NCBI GenBank assembly: GCA_002633005.1
Contig: NMRA01000382.1
Span: 62,001 to 126,000, forward strand
Source: Phoronis australis
Taxonomy: Eukaryota; Animalia; Phoronida
Direction of reading: 5' to 3'
Length of the DNA stretch: 64,000 nucleotides
Program-made: the position numbers and the translations under genes
Notes under the pieces: generated by a model
Told to the model about the DNA's origin: nothing
What the model saw: the letters and a program-made list of their open reading frames with translations, nothing else
Databases searched by the model: none
Shown here: positions 1 through 12,899 of the stretch, one piece after another
Layout of the letters: each line of letters opens with the position of its first letter
How positions within the stretch are numbered: position 1 is the first letter of the stretch

Positions 1-577
1 AAAGCGAGTACAGAGACATATGCTGGGAACACGACAACACCAATCACCACAGCTGGATATTGTAAGCTCCGATGTTTCTGTTTAGGTAACAGTCATATTT
101 TTTTCATTCTGTTGTATTTTAACCGAAATCACTCCTTCGAAGTCATACAGAAAGTAGCTACCGCTTTTTCTGCCACATGCGTTAATGACCATCTGTTCCC
201 TTGCAATGTTTTATGAATGAACCACAGGTCAGCATGTTTACTACAGAAAAAACAAAACATCGTGTGAATACTGGAAGGGGCATAGAAAGCTGGTCATATA
301 AACCTAAACAAGTTGACCCAGAAAATTACCGTCTGAATTCTGTTAGCTAAAGAGTACTTAGCAGTAATTTTAAAATGAACATGGATTTCATGACAACATT
401 CAACAAAAAACAACTTAGTAACATCAACGATAATTTGAAAAACGCTATCCCTGGCAGTGACATATGACCGAGGGACTTTAGAGTGATGACACGAAGATTA
501 ATGGACCAAAAACAAAGTCAAACAAATTAAAAGTTATTACAACGTTACACGGTTGTACTGCACAAGTTAGACGTTAA
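1..577 (+). repeat. Copy A of a diverged direct duplication (partner 1857-2385); may extend left of the window
   Basis: aaagcgagtacagagacatatgctgggaac...gttgtactgcacaagttagacgttaa is collinear with aaagctagtacatagaaatatgctgggaac...gttgtactgcacaagttagatgttaa at 1857-2385. Confidence 0.9.
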
Positions 578-1025
578 CATGACGAAAGTTCGCCTGGTCT
601 CAGAATTTTCAGGCCCTTATCACAAACAATATCTAACTACAATAAACACCAGGCTAATTGCTGACAGACACATCAGACCCATACTGAAAACCACAACTGA
701 CTGCAATGGGACTACTTTCCAAGAGTTGCATTGAATAAACAATTTGAGGGATATGGCTCAAACTGACACACAGTTTATAGCAATGGCAAAATTTCTGTGG
801 TAACGTGAACAGCAGCTAGAAATTATATAGCTGAACCAGTGAGACAACTGAAGACCCGAAATACCTATTTTAACAATACACTCAGAATCTCAGTATTTTT
901 ATGCAGATGTTAATCAAAGCATTGTCCTACGTAAACGAAGAAACTTCAAAATCTACAGATAAAACCAGAACCCAGTAAGGTCCAAGAAATAACAATGAAT
1001 TCAAGTACCACTTGTAGTTGTACTG

Positions 1026-1278
1026 CGGAGGCGGATCTACGGGGAGGGGGTTCATGGGGTTCAACCCTCCCCCAGGGACACGATTAAAAATAAAAAAAAT
1101 AAAAAAGCAGTTTCCAAGAAAACGAAATCAGATATTAAAAAACAAAAATAATCTCACACGGGTGGGGAGAAACACCCTCCCGACCTTCCCTCTGCTCGGT
1201 GCTACGCGCCTCAAATTCACGCAAATCCTACCCCCCACCCCCCCTCCCCCCCTTACTAAAAACGTAGATCTGCTACTG
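1026..1278. mobile_element. Small MITE with CAGTGGCGGATCT-type imperfect TIRs
   Basis: Left end cggaggcggatctacg; right end cgtagatctgctactg (revcomp cagtagcagatctacg). G-runs and C-runs lie just inside the ends; GC-rich island in AT-rich DNA. Confidence 0.7.
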
Positions 1279-1856
1279 CTCATTACCAACTAAGCTTATG
1301 TAAAATCATAAAGACAAATATTTTTCTTCATCACAACCTGTTTATTCAATAAAGACTGACAAACATCTAATGAGAGACAATTAGAATCAAAGTTGCTTGA
1401 ACTGAACACGTTGTCAAACTTTAACATCCAGCAGACCTGCTGAGAATAATTAAAAACAACATGGATCCAGAAAAACAATAATCATTCATTCACCGATGAC
1501 AGAAGTATAGTGGTGCAGAAACCAACATAACAAGGTGATTTAGTGTAGGAACCACATACAAACACTTGTAAACTGGTGTATACACAGATATCACTTTTAG
1601 GACAATCAATGAATGTTCAGCAGGCCACATGAATATCGGATTTATTTATAAATTTTCACTTGGTTTACTAAACAAGTACATTCATTCATTGAATGAATTT
1701 TTAGCAGTTACATTATAAGAATATTTTCAACCACACGAAGTTGACAACGATATTTTAAAACAAAATGTCCATAGTATCGCACACATAAAGGAATGTGTTT
1801 GCCTTCGAGCAGTCAAATTCTGCGCATATTTACTTTAAGTCTGATTTGGGTCCCCG

Positions 1857-2385
1857 AAAGCTAGTACATAGAAATATGCTGGGAACAAGACAGCACCAAT
1901 CACCACAGCTGGTGATTATAAGCTCCGATGTTCCTGCTTTTCATTCTGTTGTATTTTAACCGATATCACTGCTGCGAAGTCATACAGAAAGTAGCTACCA
2001 CTTTTTCTGCCACATGTGCTAATGATCATCTTGTCTCTTGCAATGCTTTATATATGAATGAACCGAAGGTGAGCTTGTTTACTACAGAAATAAACAAAAC
2101 ATGGTGTGAATACTGGAAGGGACTTGCTCGTATAAAACAAAACAAGTTAGCTAAATAGTACTATGCTACGTGCTACCTTACAAGTAATTTGAAAATGAAC
2201 ATGGATTTCATGACAGTATTCAATAAAGAAACAACTTAGTAACAACAACGCTAATTTGAAAATGGCAGCAACATATGGCCGAGGATTTTACAGTCATGAC
2301 ACGAAGACCAATGGACCAAAACAAACTCAAACACATTAAAAGTTATAACAACATTACACGGTTGTACTGCACAAGTTAGATGTTA
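1857..2385 (+). repeat. Copy B of the diverged direct duplication (partner 1-577)
   Basis: Collinear with 1-577; similarity stops where the 2.9-kb duplicated unit begins. Confidence 0.9.
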
Positions 2386-5300
2386 ATGAGAATATTCTGG
2401 CTCTGTCTTAAGGGGCTTATTTTTATGAGTGGATAATCTGATTGGTTCACGTTTCATATAGAGTAGGATATTCTTCTTTTTCTTCAACAATAAGATTTTA
2501 AGTGACATCTCTAGCTTAGTAAATAGTTTTTTTTAATTTCAGATATATGCAAACATTGGTAAAGCGTTTTTTTAAATTTTGACCTTTCCTTTCTGTTTAG
2601 TCCGTTTAAATTTTACGGAATAAATGGGCTTTTTACCACAACCAAACTGTTCATTAAAAATACCCCAGAGTTCAACTTTTGCAGACTGCCTGGGATTGCC
2701 ACTTTAAGTCCATGGTAAGGGTATATGCTTTAACTTGCTGTAATGCTCTCACCAGAATCGAACACAAGTACGATTTTATATTTGATCTAGACTTAGTGAG
2801 AGATGGTAAATTCTTTTGGATTTTGCCACGTTTTGCTATTATCATCGCGTGTACCTCAATTTGGGTTAAATTTTGCGATTATAGAACCAACATTTTAACG
2901 AGTACGTCTGATCCTCTTCTGTGTGTGACGAGCATTCTGCCTCAGATAGAATTATTTTCATGTATGCAAATTATTGTTCACTGCTTGGCATGAACGCACC
3001 CGGGGGGGGCTCGGGGGCTCAAACGAGCTCCCCAGTTTGACAAATTTGGGCAAAAAGGTCCGCCTCAGCGAAACAAAAAGTCCGAGTAAACGAGACAAAA
3101 ATCCACAAAGTCCACAGGAAATCGGCGGGGATGCACAATCCGTAGGCCTGGACCTAGTGGCCACGTTTTTTTCTTGGTCTTCGTTGATTTTTTTCAGTAA
3201 AAGGTCCGCACACCAAAAAATAGACCCCACCATATTTTAAGCTGGGTGCGAGCATTTTTGGCATATTGGAAACTCTTTCTTGTCGTTAATCCATTTAATA
3301 CCAAAAAGGTATAAATTATCCTGGGTGCCAAAATCTAATGAAACAGACACTGACATAATATAAAACGAATAACTAATTAGTGATTGCATGTGTAAATGTT
3401 ACTAATAGTTAATTGAAGGGCATTGGGTACTGTGAGTACATACATAGTAATTTCAATGATTCTGGGGTATTTTGGTGCTGTCTTGTAACTGGAGTCTCCG
3501 ATCGATTTCTCCTAGTTATGTCTCCACTGTCATGTATGAAACAATATCAGTGCATGTTTGAAGTGGGTGAAGGTCAAATAAAATAAACAAAGACACGCAG
3601 GGTACAGACTACTGTACATCAGTGGAATTCCAGGAACTATGATGTTGAAGCATGCAATACACAGTTACAGCCATACGGCTCATGACCCTTGGTCTGTAAA
3701 TGACCACTGTGTAACTGACTTGTTTACTTCAATATGGTTAAACAAGTATATGGGGGAAGTGTGATTGAACATACAACCAAAACAAATTCTGGGAGCAAGA
3801 AAACCACTAAAATGTTACAAATAAGTGGATTTTGTTATCATTTTTGAGATCGACACTTGAATTTTTATAGTTACCTAATGACAGACCTCACATTCAACCA
3901 CGAAAAAAGAACAATGTATAAAATTGTAACGCTAGTGCATTCCTAAGCTGTCAGGTCACCATGCTTAGCTTCAGTCATATTTAGGGATGCATATAACGTT
4001 TTTCTCAACTTGAATTACCTGAAATGTACAGGAAGCCTGTTGAGGGGGTGTTTTTTATCCTTATTGTTCATAACAAGTATAATTTTTCTTTGATTGAGTT
4101 CAATGAACAAGTATTTAGCTTACACATTAAAATAAAAGCTATAAATAATGAATAAACAAAAACCGGATTGGCTTATTTGGGTTAATAATGTCTCACGCAT
4201 TCTCTGTGTAAATGGTCATTAATTAACAAACAAAAAGTACCCCATTTAATGCCATTAAAAGAGTGCAACTTCGTGGAAAAAAATAACCAGCCTTCTGAAT
4301 TTCTACGGCACTCTAACTCTAATATCCGATGTTTCACCAAAAAGGATGTTTTTCAAAAGTATTTTTGTAGAAAACTAATTTTTACGTTTCTTAAGCTCAG
4401 CCGAAGAATATAAAAGGCATTGAAAACGAGATTTTATCAACACAAGTTTTATGCATAATATTTAAAAACAGCAAAAGTATATTATCTTACCTCGCTCATT
4501 TTTGTTGGTTTGGTAGCAATCGTTTCGTGATTCGGCTTCCACCAACCGTTTGATGTTTTGACCGGGCCAACCGGGAATCATCCGACGATTAAGTCACCAT
4601 TTGGAATTCCTATACAATAATTCCGTTGGTCCAATGTCCACATTCGTGGACAGCTTAGCAACTGCCACCAACTTTAAAGAAATTCTGCCATTGTTTTGTT
4701 TCTTGTCCTACTCAATATTATTCATTTAAATGAATGACACTAAGTGACCAAACTAAACCAACTTACCCATGCAAGTACAGTATCATTGCTCAAGTAAAAT
4801 AGTTCGTAGTATATTATATACCTGTCAAAATATTATATCCACTGTTACGAAAGTAACAGCAAGCTCTAAACAGTGTAGGAACGAAACTAATTATTAAAAT
4901 GTTTGAAATAAAACACTAGGGTATTTACTGACAATTACTACATCTTTTGTATTCACACACCGCCTTCATATCAACTGGTCATTTTGTAAAATCATAAGTA
5001 TTGGGTGTAGAAAAAAAATTCGATGTTATGTTATACCCTGTTTTTGTGCTGTTCTTGTTTTTTCTAACGAAAAGTCTCCAAATAGTTCATAAAAATAATT
5101 TATCTAGTACACAGAATAATAGGCCTGGCAGCTAACTGCTTGTGGCTGGGTGTCAAGTTCCAATGTTTACTATTTCTAATACTAGTGACAACAGGGGGTT
5201 GGTAAGTTGACACTTTCTAGGTTATAAACAAAACCTGAGTATGAGGGCCGTACAGTGGTAGCTGGAGACCAGGCGAGCTTTTCTCATGATGAGAATATTC

Positions 5301-8058
5301 TGGCTCCGTCTTAGGGGCTTATTTTTATGAGCTGATATGTTCACGTTTCATATAGAGTAGGGTATTTTTCTTTTTCTTCAACAATATGATATTTAATGAC
5401 ATCTCTTGCTTATTAAATAGTTTTTTTGTTCTCAGATATATGCAAACATTGCTAAAGCGATTTTTTTATTTTTGATTTTAATCTTTCCTTTGTGTTTAGT
5501 CCGTTTTAATTTTACGGACTAAAAGGGCTTTTTACCACCACCAAACTGTTTTTTATTTTTTTATTGATAGAAAATTCATTAAAAATACCAGAGTTCAAAT
5601 TCTGCAGACTGCCTGTGATTGCCACTTTTAAGTTCATGGTAAGGGTATATACTTTATCTTGCTGTAATGTTCTCATGAGAATCGAACGCAAGTACGATTT
5701 TATATTTGATCTGGACTTAGTGAGAATTTGCCATGTTTTCCTATTATCATCGCGTGTACCTCATTTTGGGTTACTTTTTGACATTATAGAACCAAAATTT
5801 TCACGAGTACGTCTGATCCTCTTCTGTGTTTTACAAGCCTACTGCCTCAGATAGAATTGTTTCACGTCGGCAAATTATTGCTCACCGCTTGGCATGGACA
5901 CACCCAGGGGGGAGGGGGGCTCAAACAGACTCCCCAGTTTGGCGAACTGGGGAAAAAGGTCCGTCTCAGGGAAACAAAAAGTCCGAGTAAACGAGACAAA
6001 AATGTACAAAGCCCACAGGAATTCGGAGCGGATGCACAATCCATAGGCTTGAACCTACAGCTGTAGTGGCCACGTTTTTTTATTCTTAGTCCTCTTTGAT
6101 TTTTTTCTTGTCTTTAATACATTAAATACCAAAAACGTATAAAGTACCCTGGGTGCCAAAATCTAATGAAACAGACACCAACATGACATAAAATGAATAA
6201 CCAATTAGGGATTGCATGTGTAAATGTTACAAATGCTTAATTGAAGAGCATTGGGTACTGTGGGTACATACATAGCAATTTCAATGTTTTGGGGATATTT
6301 TGGTGCTGTCTTCTGACTGAAGTCTCCGATCTATTTCTCTAAGTTATGTCTCCAGTGTTATGTATGAAACAGTCTCAGTGCATATTTAAAGTGGATGCAG
6401 GGCAAATAAACTACACAAGACATGGAGGGTACAGACTACTGTACATGTGATTCCGGGAACTATGATGTTGAAGGATAGTCAGCCACAGTTACGGCCATAT
6501 GGCTCATGACCCTTGGTCTGTGAATGACCACTTTGGAACTGCCTTGTTTATTTCAATATCGTTAAACAAGTATATTGGTGAAGTTTGATCAAGCATATAA
6601 CCAAAACAAATTCTGGGAGCAAGAAAACCATTAAAAAGTTGCAAATAAGTGGATTTTTGTTATCATTTTTGAGACTGACACTTGATTTTTTATCGTTACC
6701 TAATAGAAGACCTTACATGTACATTCAACCATGAATAAAGAACAATTTATAAAATTGTGACACTAGTGCACATTGATTGTCTCCAGTCATGTTTTGGAAT
6801 GCATAAAACGTTTTTCTCAACTTGAATTACCTGAAATGAAAAAGAAGCCGGTTGAGGGGGTGTTTTTATCCTGATTGTTCATAACAAGAATGGTTTTAAT
6901 TTGATTGATTTCAATGAACAAGTACTTAGCTTACACATTCAAATAAAAATCTATCAGAAATGAATAAACGAAAATCGGATTGGCTTATTTGGGTTAATAA
7001 TGTCTCACGCATTCCCTGCGTAAATTGACATCAATAATGTCACGAACACCACTAACAAACAAAAAGTACCTCATTTAATCCAATTAAAACAGTGCGACTT
7101 CGTGTAAAAATAATCAGCCATATAACTTTCTATGGCACTCTAACTTTAAAATTCGATGTTTCATCAAAAATGACGTTTTTCAAAAGTATATTTGTAGAAA
7201 ACTTATTTTTACGTTTCTTAAGCTCAGCCGAAGTGTTTAAAACGCATTGAAAACAAGATTTTATCAACAAAGGTTTAAGCATAATATTTAAAAAACGGCA
7301 AAGGTTTATTGTCTTACCTCGCTCATTTTTGTTGTTTTGGTAGCAATCGTTTCGTGATTCGGCTTTCACCGATCGTTTGATGTTTTGACCGGGCCAACCG
7401 GGAATCATGCGACGATTAAGTCACCATTCGGAATTCAAATAATAATTCCGTTAGTGCAATGTCCGGAATTCTGTCATTGTTTTATTTCTTGTCCTACTCA
7501 CTGTTATTCATTTACATGAATGACACTAGTGACCAAACTAAACCAACTTACCTTTGCATATACAGTATCATTGCTCAAGTAAAATAGTTAGTAGTATAGT
7601 ATATAGCGGTCAAAATATTCTAACCGCTGTTACGAAAGTAACATCATGTTCTAAACAGTGTAGGAACGAAACTAAATATAAAATGTTTGATATAAAACAC
7701 TTGACAATAACTACAACTTTTGTATTCATAAACCGCCTTCACATCAACTGGTCATTTTGTGAAATCTCAAGTATTTCGTGTAGAAAAAAAAATCCGATGT
7801 TATGTCATGCCCTGTTTTTGTGCTGTTCTTTTTATAACAAAACGTCTTCAAATAATTCATAAAAATAAGTTATCTAGTGTACAAAATAATTGGCCTGGCA
7901 GCTAACGGCTTGTGGCTGGGTGTAACGTTCCAATGTTTACTATTTCTACTACTAGAGACAACAGGGGGTTAGTAAGTTGATAGTTTCTAGGTTATAAGCA
8001 GAACATCAGTAGGAGGACCGTAGAGCTGTAGCTGGAGACCAGGCAAGCTTTCCCCATG
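2386..8058 (+). repeat. Two-copy tandem duplication: unit 1 ~2386-5288, unit 2 ~5289-8058
   Basis: Both units begin atgagaatattctggctc(t/c)gtctta and end gtagctggagaccaggc(g/a)agcttt..catg. They are collinear throughout with many substitutions and indels; shadow ORFs 2974-3240 and 5857-6066 share KKVRLxETKSPSKRDKN. Confidence 0.92.
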
Positions 8059-9462
8059 CTGTTATGATTCATGTATGTCACTATATAAGTGTATGATCGC
8101 ATGGAGTGTAACCGAATCAGTAGTATCAGTAGAAGAGTATGTAACTAGATAGATTATTGTCACGGCGTGCCAATAATGGACTCTGCGCGTGCGTATTACT
8201 GGAAATATTATGGGAAGTTACTGACAGCAACCCGTTTACCAATATGAAAAGGAATTCTTTAAAATTGTAGGAGAAATTACATATTAATTTTTGATGACCT
8301 TTCCACTAATTGACCTCTTCCGGTGCATTATGAGCCCCAATGAGGGAGTAATTGTTAACTCGATTAAAAGTGTAGTTAATGCTAATAATCACATATTTTT
8401 TACTTTAAGCACTTCAGAATACAAGATTAATGAATTGGCCAAACTTTCAGAAGAAAAATGCACCTAATGACCATATGGGTGCACTAAATTACCTGAAAAT
8501 TTAGAATTCAAACTCAATCGCACTTAGTAAACAGATACGTAATTCTGAAATCTCTACCTCGAAATTTTAGTTTGCACTCAATGACCTTTGACCTATTTTT
8601 CTGATTGTTTAGGCTTATTGTGAAGTAAAGTAGGGTATTCACTTGGCATGTTGACTTACACCAGTGTGATGAAATTGAAAAGAATTCCTTGAAAAACGTA
8701 AGATATAACATTTTGAACGTTACAAGACCTTTGCACTAATTGACCTTATCCGGTGCATTTTAAGCATCTTTAGGAGAATTATTGCAAAGCCCATGGAAAA
8801 TGTGTTTAACGCTGAGAATCACAGTTGTCTAACGGTTGACACATCACAATACTTGCTGATTGAAAAGCTCAAATTTTCAGAAGAAAAATGCACCTAATGA
8901 CCCCATGTTTGCACAGAATTACCTGAAACTTGGGATTCCGATTTGGTTTCCCTGTGGCAATCAGACCTGTCAATTTGAAGTGTCTAGCTCAAAATTTTAG
9001 TTTGTACCTAATGACCTTTGACCTATTTTACCTGATTGGATGACCCGATTACTTAGAAAAGTAATTTTTTTAATTGTCATGTTGACTTATACCTGTGCAC
9101 CGAATTTGAAAAAGGTACCTTAAAGGCGAAGGCAACCCTTTTCCATGTCATTTTGAGCTAAAATAAGGTTGGTTGGTTATCCTAGACGTATTTTCCACTT
9201 AATTACAGCTTTTCGTAATTTGATAAATTACTCGTCCGCTACTCCGGAAGTGACGTTTTAGGAGGCAAGCGTTTCCCGCCACTTGGTTTTGCGTTGACTT
9301 TAGCGTGCAAATCTGTTCTATTCTACTTTTGTTTTGTGCTGTTTTTCAACAATTGTCGCCACCACTTTCCATCGGCGAGTATTCTGCGGCAAGATTAGGT
9401 TAGTAAAGAACTCAACTACGTTGGATTTAGGGATTAATTGTTTAGTGTGTTGTAAGCTGAAA

Positions 9463-9861
9463 ATGGCTGGAGTAGTCGGTGACCCGTATCACAGTGACAG
9501 TAGTGTGAGTGACGGGGACCTTGTTCACAGAAGTGGTGACGAGGAATTTTTTCACGGACATTCAGCGGGTCGGTACATGTTTGAGCCCGAGTATAACGAG
9601 GCAGAGTACGCACAGGCACAGGCAGCTGTTGAGAGAAACGAGGCGGCTACTGAGGACAGACGTGGTGACACATCTTGTTGTAAATGCACTGTGTGCGTTG
9701 TTATGCCTACGTCAATGGAATGCTTGTGCTGTTCAGAGTTCGACGAGGCCAATCCACTACTGAACATGGTTAAGTGGACCTCCGGCATACCACGGACAGA
9801 GGAACAACTGTCCCACTTGCCAGAGTGTCCCGCGACACACTCCCACTGGATGGTGTCCTGA
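9463..9861 (+). pseudogene. 5' part of Kolobok KolX ORF (Cys-rich, P2X7 cytoplasmic ballast-like), truncated ~9760 and reading on into antisense transposase DNA
   Basis: MAGVVGDP...RYMFEPE...RRGDTSCCKCTVCVVMPTSMECLCCSE. The YMFEP and CxCxxCxxM-x4-ECxCCxE motifs are typical of KolX/P2X7 C-terminal zinc modules. Confidence 0.8.
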
Positions 9862-10552
9862 GCACCCAAACTGCTTACATCGTGTCTTGTGACTCCCTCG
9901 CCACACACCTGTCACCTTCTAAATAGCTCCAATACAAGTCCACAATAAACTTATCAAAGTTTGTCTCACCGATCTGTTCACTGGATGACGAACTGTCCTC
10001 TTCACTGGGTGTCGAACTGAGCCTGTAATCACTCCCACTACTCAATATTGCTGCAGGGCTGCTTAGAGGCTCTGAGCTGGAGAAAACAACACAGGGCGAA
10101 TCACTACTGGTTCCAGGAATTGAACGCTTGGGGTACTTTCGGAGGCACGGGTGACAGTAGATGAAGTGCCTCCACTGGCTCCAGTCACTGTACTGGCCAC
10201 AGCTCACGAGGCTTCTCGCTTCAACAACGCACTTCTCGGGGGTGGCTACGGGGCACTGCCGGGAATGAACACAGACGGAATGGCATCCTTCTTCAGACGT
10301 TGTTTCGCAGGGACCTTCATCAGTTCAGCGTAGAAAATCCCTTTCATAATCGGACGGAAGAAAGTGCTTGCCACACACACGGTAATTCTCCACTGCTTTG
10401 TACGTTGCTTGGACGAGTAACGCTGCGTTTTTCACACGAACGAGCCAATTACGGCGAAGTGTGTCATCCATCGGAAAGCGATGCAAATGTACTCCCAAAG
10501 CGCGCGTGAGCAGATAATTAGTACATCCTGGTACGCAGCAACAGTGTGGCAT
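9760..10552 (-). pseudogene. N-terminal part of Kolobok transposase (THAP domain), frameshifted; DDE core deleted
   Basis: MPHCCCVPGC...LHRFP...W...VCGKHF (C2CH THAP). After a 1-nt shift near 10335 it continues DFYAELMKVPAKQRLKKDAIPSVF (AVPTIF-like box). Later KFIVD and IQWECVAGHSGKWDS resemble Kolobok transposase N-terminal motifs. Confidence 0.85.
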
Positions 10553-11519
10553 GTTGACTGACTTGCAAATGAAAGCAAACGACGACGGAACTGAACACAA
10601 CCGAGGTAGAACAATGACTGACTCGGCAGCTCTCACAGTCAGACTATATGAAAAGAAATTGGCGCGAAATGCTTGCCTCCTAAAACGTTACTTCCGGAGT
10701 AGCGGACGAGTAATTAATAAAATTACGAAAAGCTGTAATTAAGTGGAAAATATGTCTAGGATAACCAACCAACCTTATTTTAGCTCAAAATGACATGAAA
10801 AAAGGTTGCCTTCGCCTTTAAAAACTGAAGGAGAAGTAGCATTTTGAAAATTATATGACCTTTGCACCAAACGACCTCTTCTGGTGCAACATGGAATATG
10901 ATTATATAACCAATCAAAATTAATATACTGTCATAAGTCATATGCTGAATTTAAAGACCTTACCTGCACCCATTTTGGAGTCATTAAGCCTCAAAGCTGG
11001 TCGGAAGAAGAATAAGAATAAGAAGAATAAAATTGAAGAAAACCCAGGAACAACAGTACTCTGCGTTTACACGCGCAGAGTAATAAGAATAAAACTGAAG
11101 AAAACCCAGGAACAACAGTACTCTGCGCTTACACGCGCAGAGTAATAAAATTGAAGAAAACCCAGGAACAACAGTACTCTGCGCTTACACGCGCAGAGTA
11201 ATAAAACTATATTATCCCCCGTCAGACTAGTATTATCCTTGGACCGCCTTAACGCACTGCGTCACGCATTCAACGTCCCAAACCGAACAGAATACCTTTC
11301 AATGCTAGCACATCGACACTTTTGTAATCCGAAGGCAGAAAATGTTGGTCACATAGTTAGCAGTTCTCTACTACATTGCACTAAGGACCAGCTTGAAATA
11401 ACAGTTAAGTGTTTTGCTTTATCCAGATAGTTAACATGTACATAATACTTTTAATTTTTTACCTTGTACCGATTACTGTTGTAATTAACGTAATAGTGTA
11501 TGATATAATAATAATTATA

Positions 11520-11674
11520 GTAGGTTGCGAGGACGAGTAACATTGCGTTCTTCATACGTCAACGAGCCAAGTACTTCGGAGTGTGTCATGCGTTGGTAAG
11601 CGATGCATTGGCATACCCAAGTACGTTTGAAACGAGAATGAGTACATACCGGGTACGCAAGAAAGTTGCACCAT
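11520..11674 (-). pseudogene. Second, older decayed THAP fragment related to the Kolobok transposase
   Basis: Reads MVQLSCVPG...MHRLPTHDTLRSTWLV/MKNAMLLVLATY versus MPHCCCVPG...LHRFPMDDTLRRNWLVRVKNAALLVQATY. The DNA aligns to 10401-10552. Confidence 0.7.
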
Positions 11675-12899
11675 GGTGCTTAAGTCTTCAGTCAAGCAAT
11701 ATGGAAGCAGACTGGCGGGAAAATTTTAAACTCCAAAGCGTCAATTCTAGAAGAGGGCATGACCAATTAAGTAAACCACGGGAAACTGAACGTGAATAAC
11801 TGAAAAATCTTCGGCATAATCAACAAGCCGCACTGTTGCTAAAAACAGCGTGAAAAAGGGCTAATTAAAGTCTAGCGTGATGTGCTTACCAGACAGATTG
11901 TTGTCTCACTTTTTTATGACACAACCCACGTAAACATTTTATACACTGTCTGACGTTTGTGCATTAGTAGACAGGTTAAAGCTGGCACTTGTAACAAGAG
12001 AGAGGTGGGAGTTTGGAGACGAGTCGACCCATCGAGTACAAATCCTGGAATCTAGGGACACCTTCTCCGCATAGACGACAGCATGCTTCAATTCAGTGTG
12101 GCACGAGTTAGATTCCACCAGCACATAGTGTGACCGTAACAAGGAAACAAGTGATTGGCAACTAAGCCACAGGTAGTGAAAGTACTCCTCCCGTTAAGGC
12201 TGATCTCAACCAATACACCACGATATCTGCGCTGGGCCCAAATGATGACCCTTCTTTCAGTAATCCCGTCATCAAGTTGATGAGTCTCGACCAAGAAGCC
12301 TGTTGGGTGATAACCAACGCTATCAGAAGAGTCGTAAACTTGAAGGGACATCATGCAATGCGACAACAATAACTATCGCAGAGGTCATATGAAATGTTAT
12401 AAGGTGTCTCTTCATTATACAGTCCTTCGTCCGTCCAGCCTATTGGATAATTATATCAAGTTCCATTTTCTTTCATAATGTGCGCAGAAGAACACGTATA
12501 ACAGCATCGCTTACCTAACCAAGTACGCCTTCCCCTGTCAGGAAACAAACTTCAACCCCTTTCAACTTCAACATTCTACTGAAATAAATTATAACAGCCC
12601 TTACATGCTGAGGTGGTGTCACTGGATCGAAAGAAAGGCAAGTTCAAACATTTTTGAGAGATCAGTCATTTGTAACTCCACAGATGCTCCCCTAAAGCTC
12701 ATGTTTCCGGCGAGCTTTTTTCGTTTCTAATTCTTTTCGCTGAGCTAATATGGCGGCAACTATTGGCTATCCATTTGCTAACTGAGTCTCTCGGATTACT
12801 CGATGACATCATTGGAATTAAATTATGTGGCAACTAATTTGCTTTTGATTGTCAATTGATAAATACATCATTAAGTTAACAACATGTCACGTGCCGTAG

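Larger units (their letters stand above)
9124..10817. mobile_element. Internally deleted Kolobok DNA transposon (1.69 kb)
   Basis: TTAA target duplication at 9120-9123 and 10818-10821. Termini AGGCGAAGGCAACC / GGTTGCCTTCGCCT with ~158-bp near-perfect TIRs (9124-9281, 10660-10817). Convergent THAP-transposase and KolX remnants inside. Confidence 0.9.
8290..10890 (+). repeat. ~430-bp tandem repeat units inside the HINE (unit 2 split by the Kolobok at 9120)
   Basis: gacctttXcactaattgacctXXtccggtgca recurs at ~8296, ~8726 and (diverged) ~10857. cagaagaaaaatgcacctaatgacc at ~8448 and ~8878. aatgacctttgacctatttt at ~8580 and ~9010. Confidence 0.85.
8143..11204 (-). mobile_element. Non-autonomous Helentron (HINE/DINE-1-like) with internal ~430-bp tandem repeats; interrupted by a Kolobok
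   Basis: On the minus strand: 5' TT + subTIR tactctgcgcgtg with adjacent inverted copy (triplicated at 11030-11204), (TTCTTA)n-like microsatellite ~11005-11030, internal tandem repeats, matching subTIR at 8180-8191, hairpin attattg-tcacggcgtgc-caataat at 8153-8177, and a CTAG-TT end. This matches the established HINE layout. Confidence 0.75.

Noticed and set aside
2679-3240. ORFs repeated at 5564-6066 as a duplicated gene
   Set aside because: Frames and stops are not conserved between copies and no domain is recognisable; similarity only reflects the DNA duplication.
9334-9861. Host P2X7 receptor exon
   Set aside because: It lies inside TIRs, has no P2X channel sequence and is truncated by the deletion.
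10325-10636. Host THAP gene or P-element
   Set aside because: TTAA TSD, AG...CT termini and a convergent KolX indicate Kolobok; the ORF is frameshifted.
11939-12369. GC-richer stretch with 67- and 93-aa ORFs upstream of K1
   Set aside because: No recognisable motif in any frame and no convincing splice sites; left unassigned.
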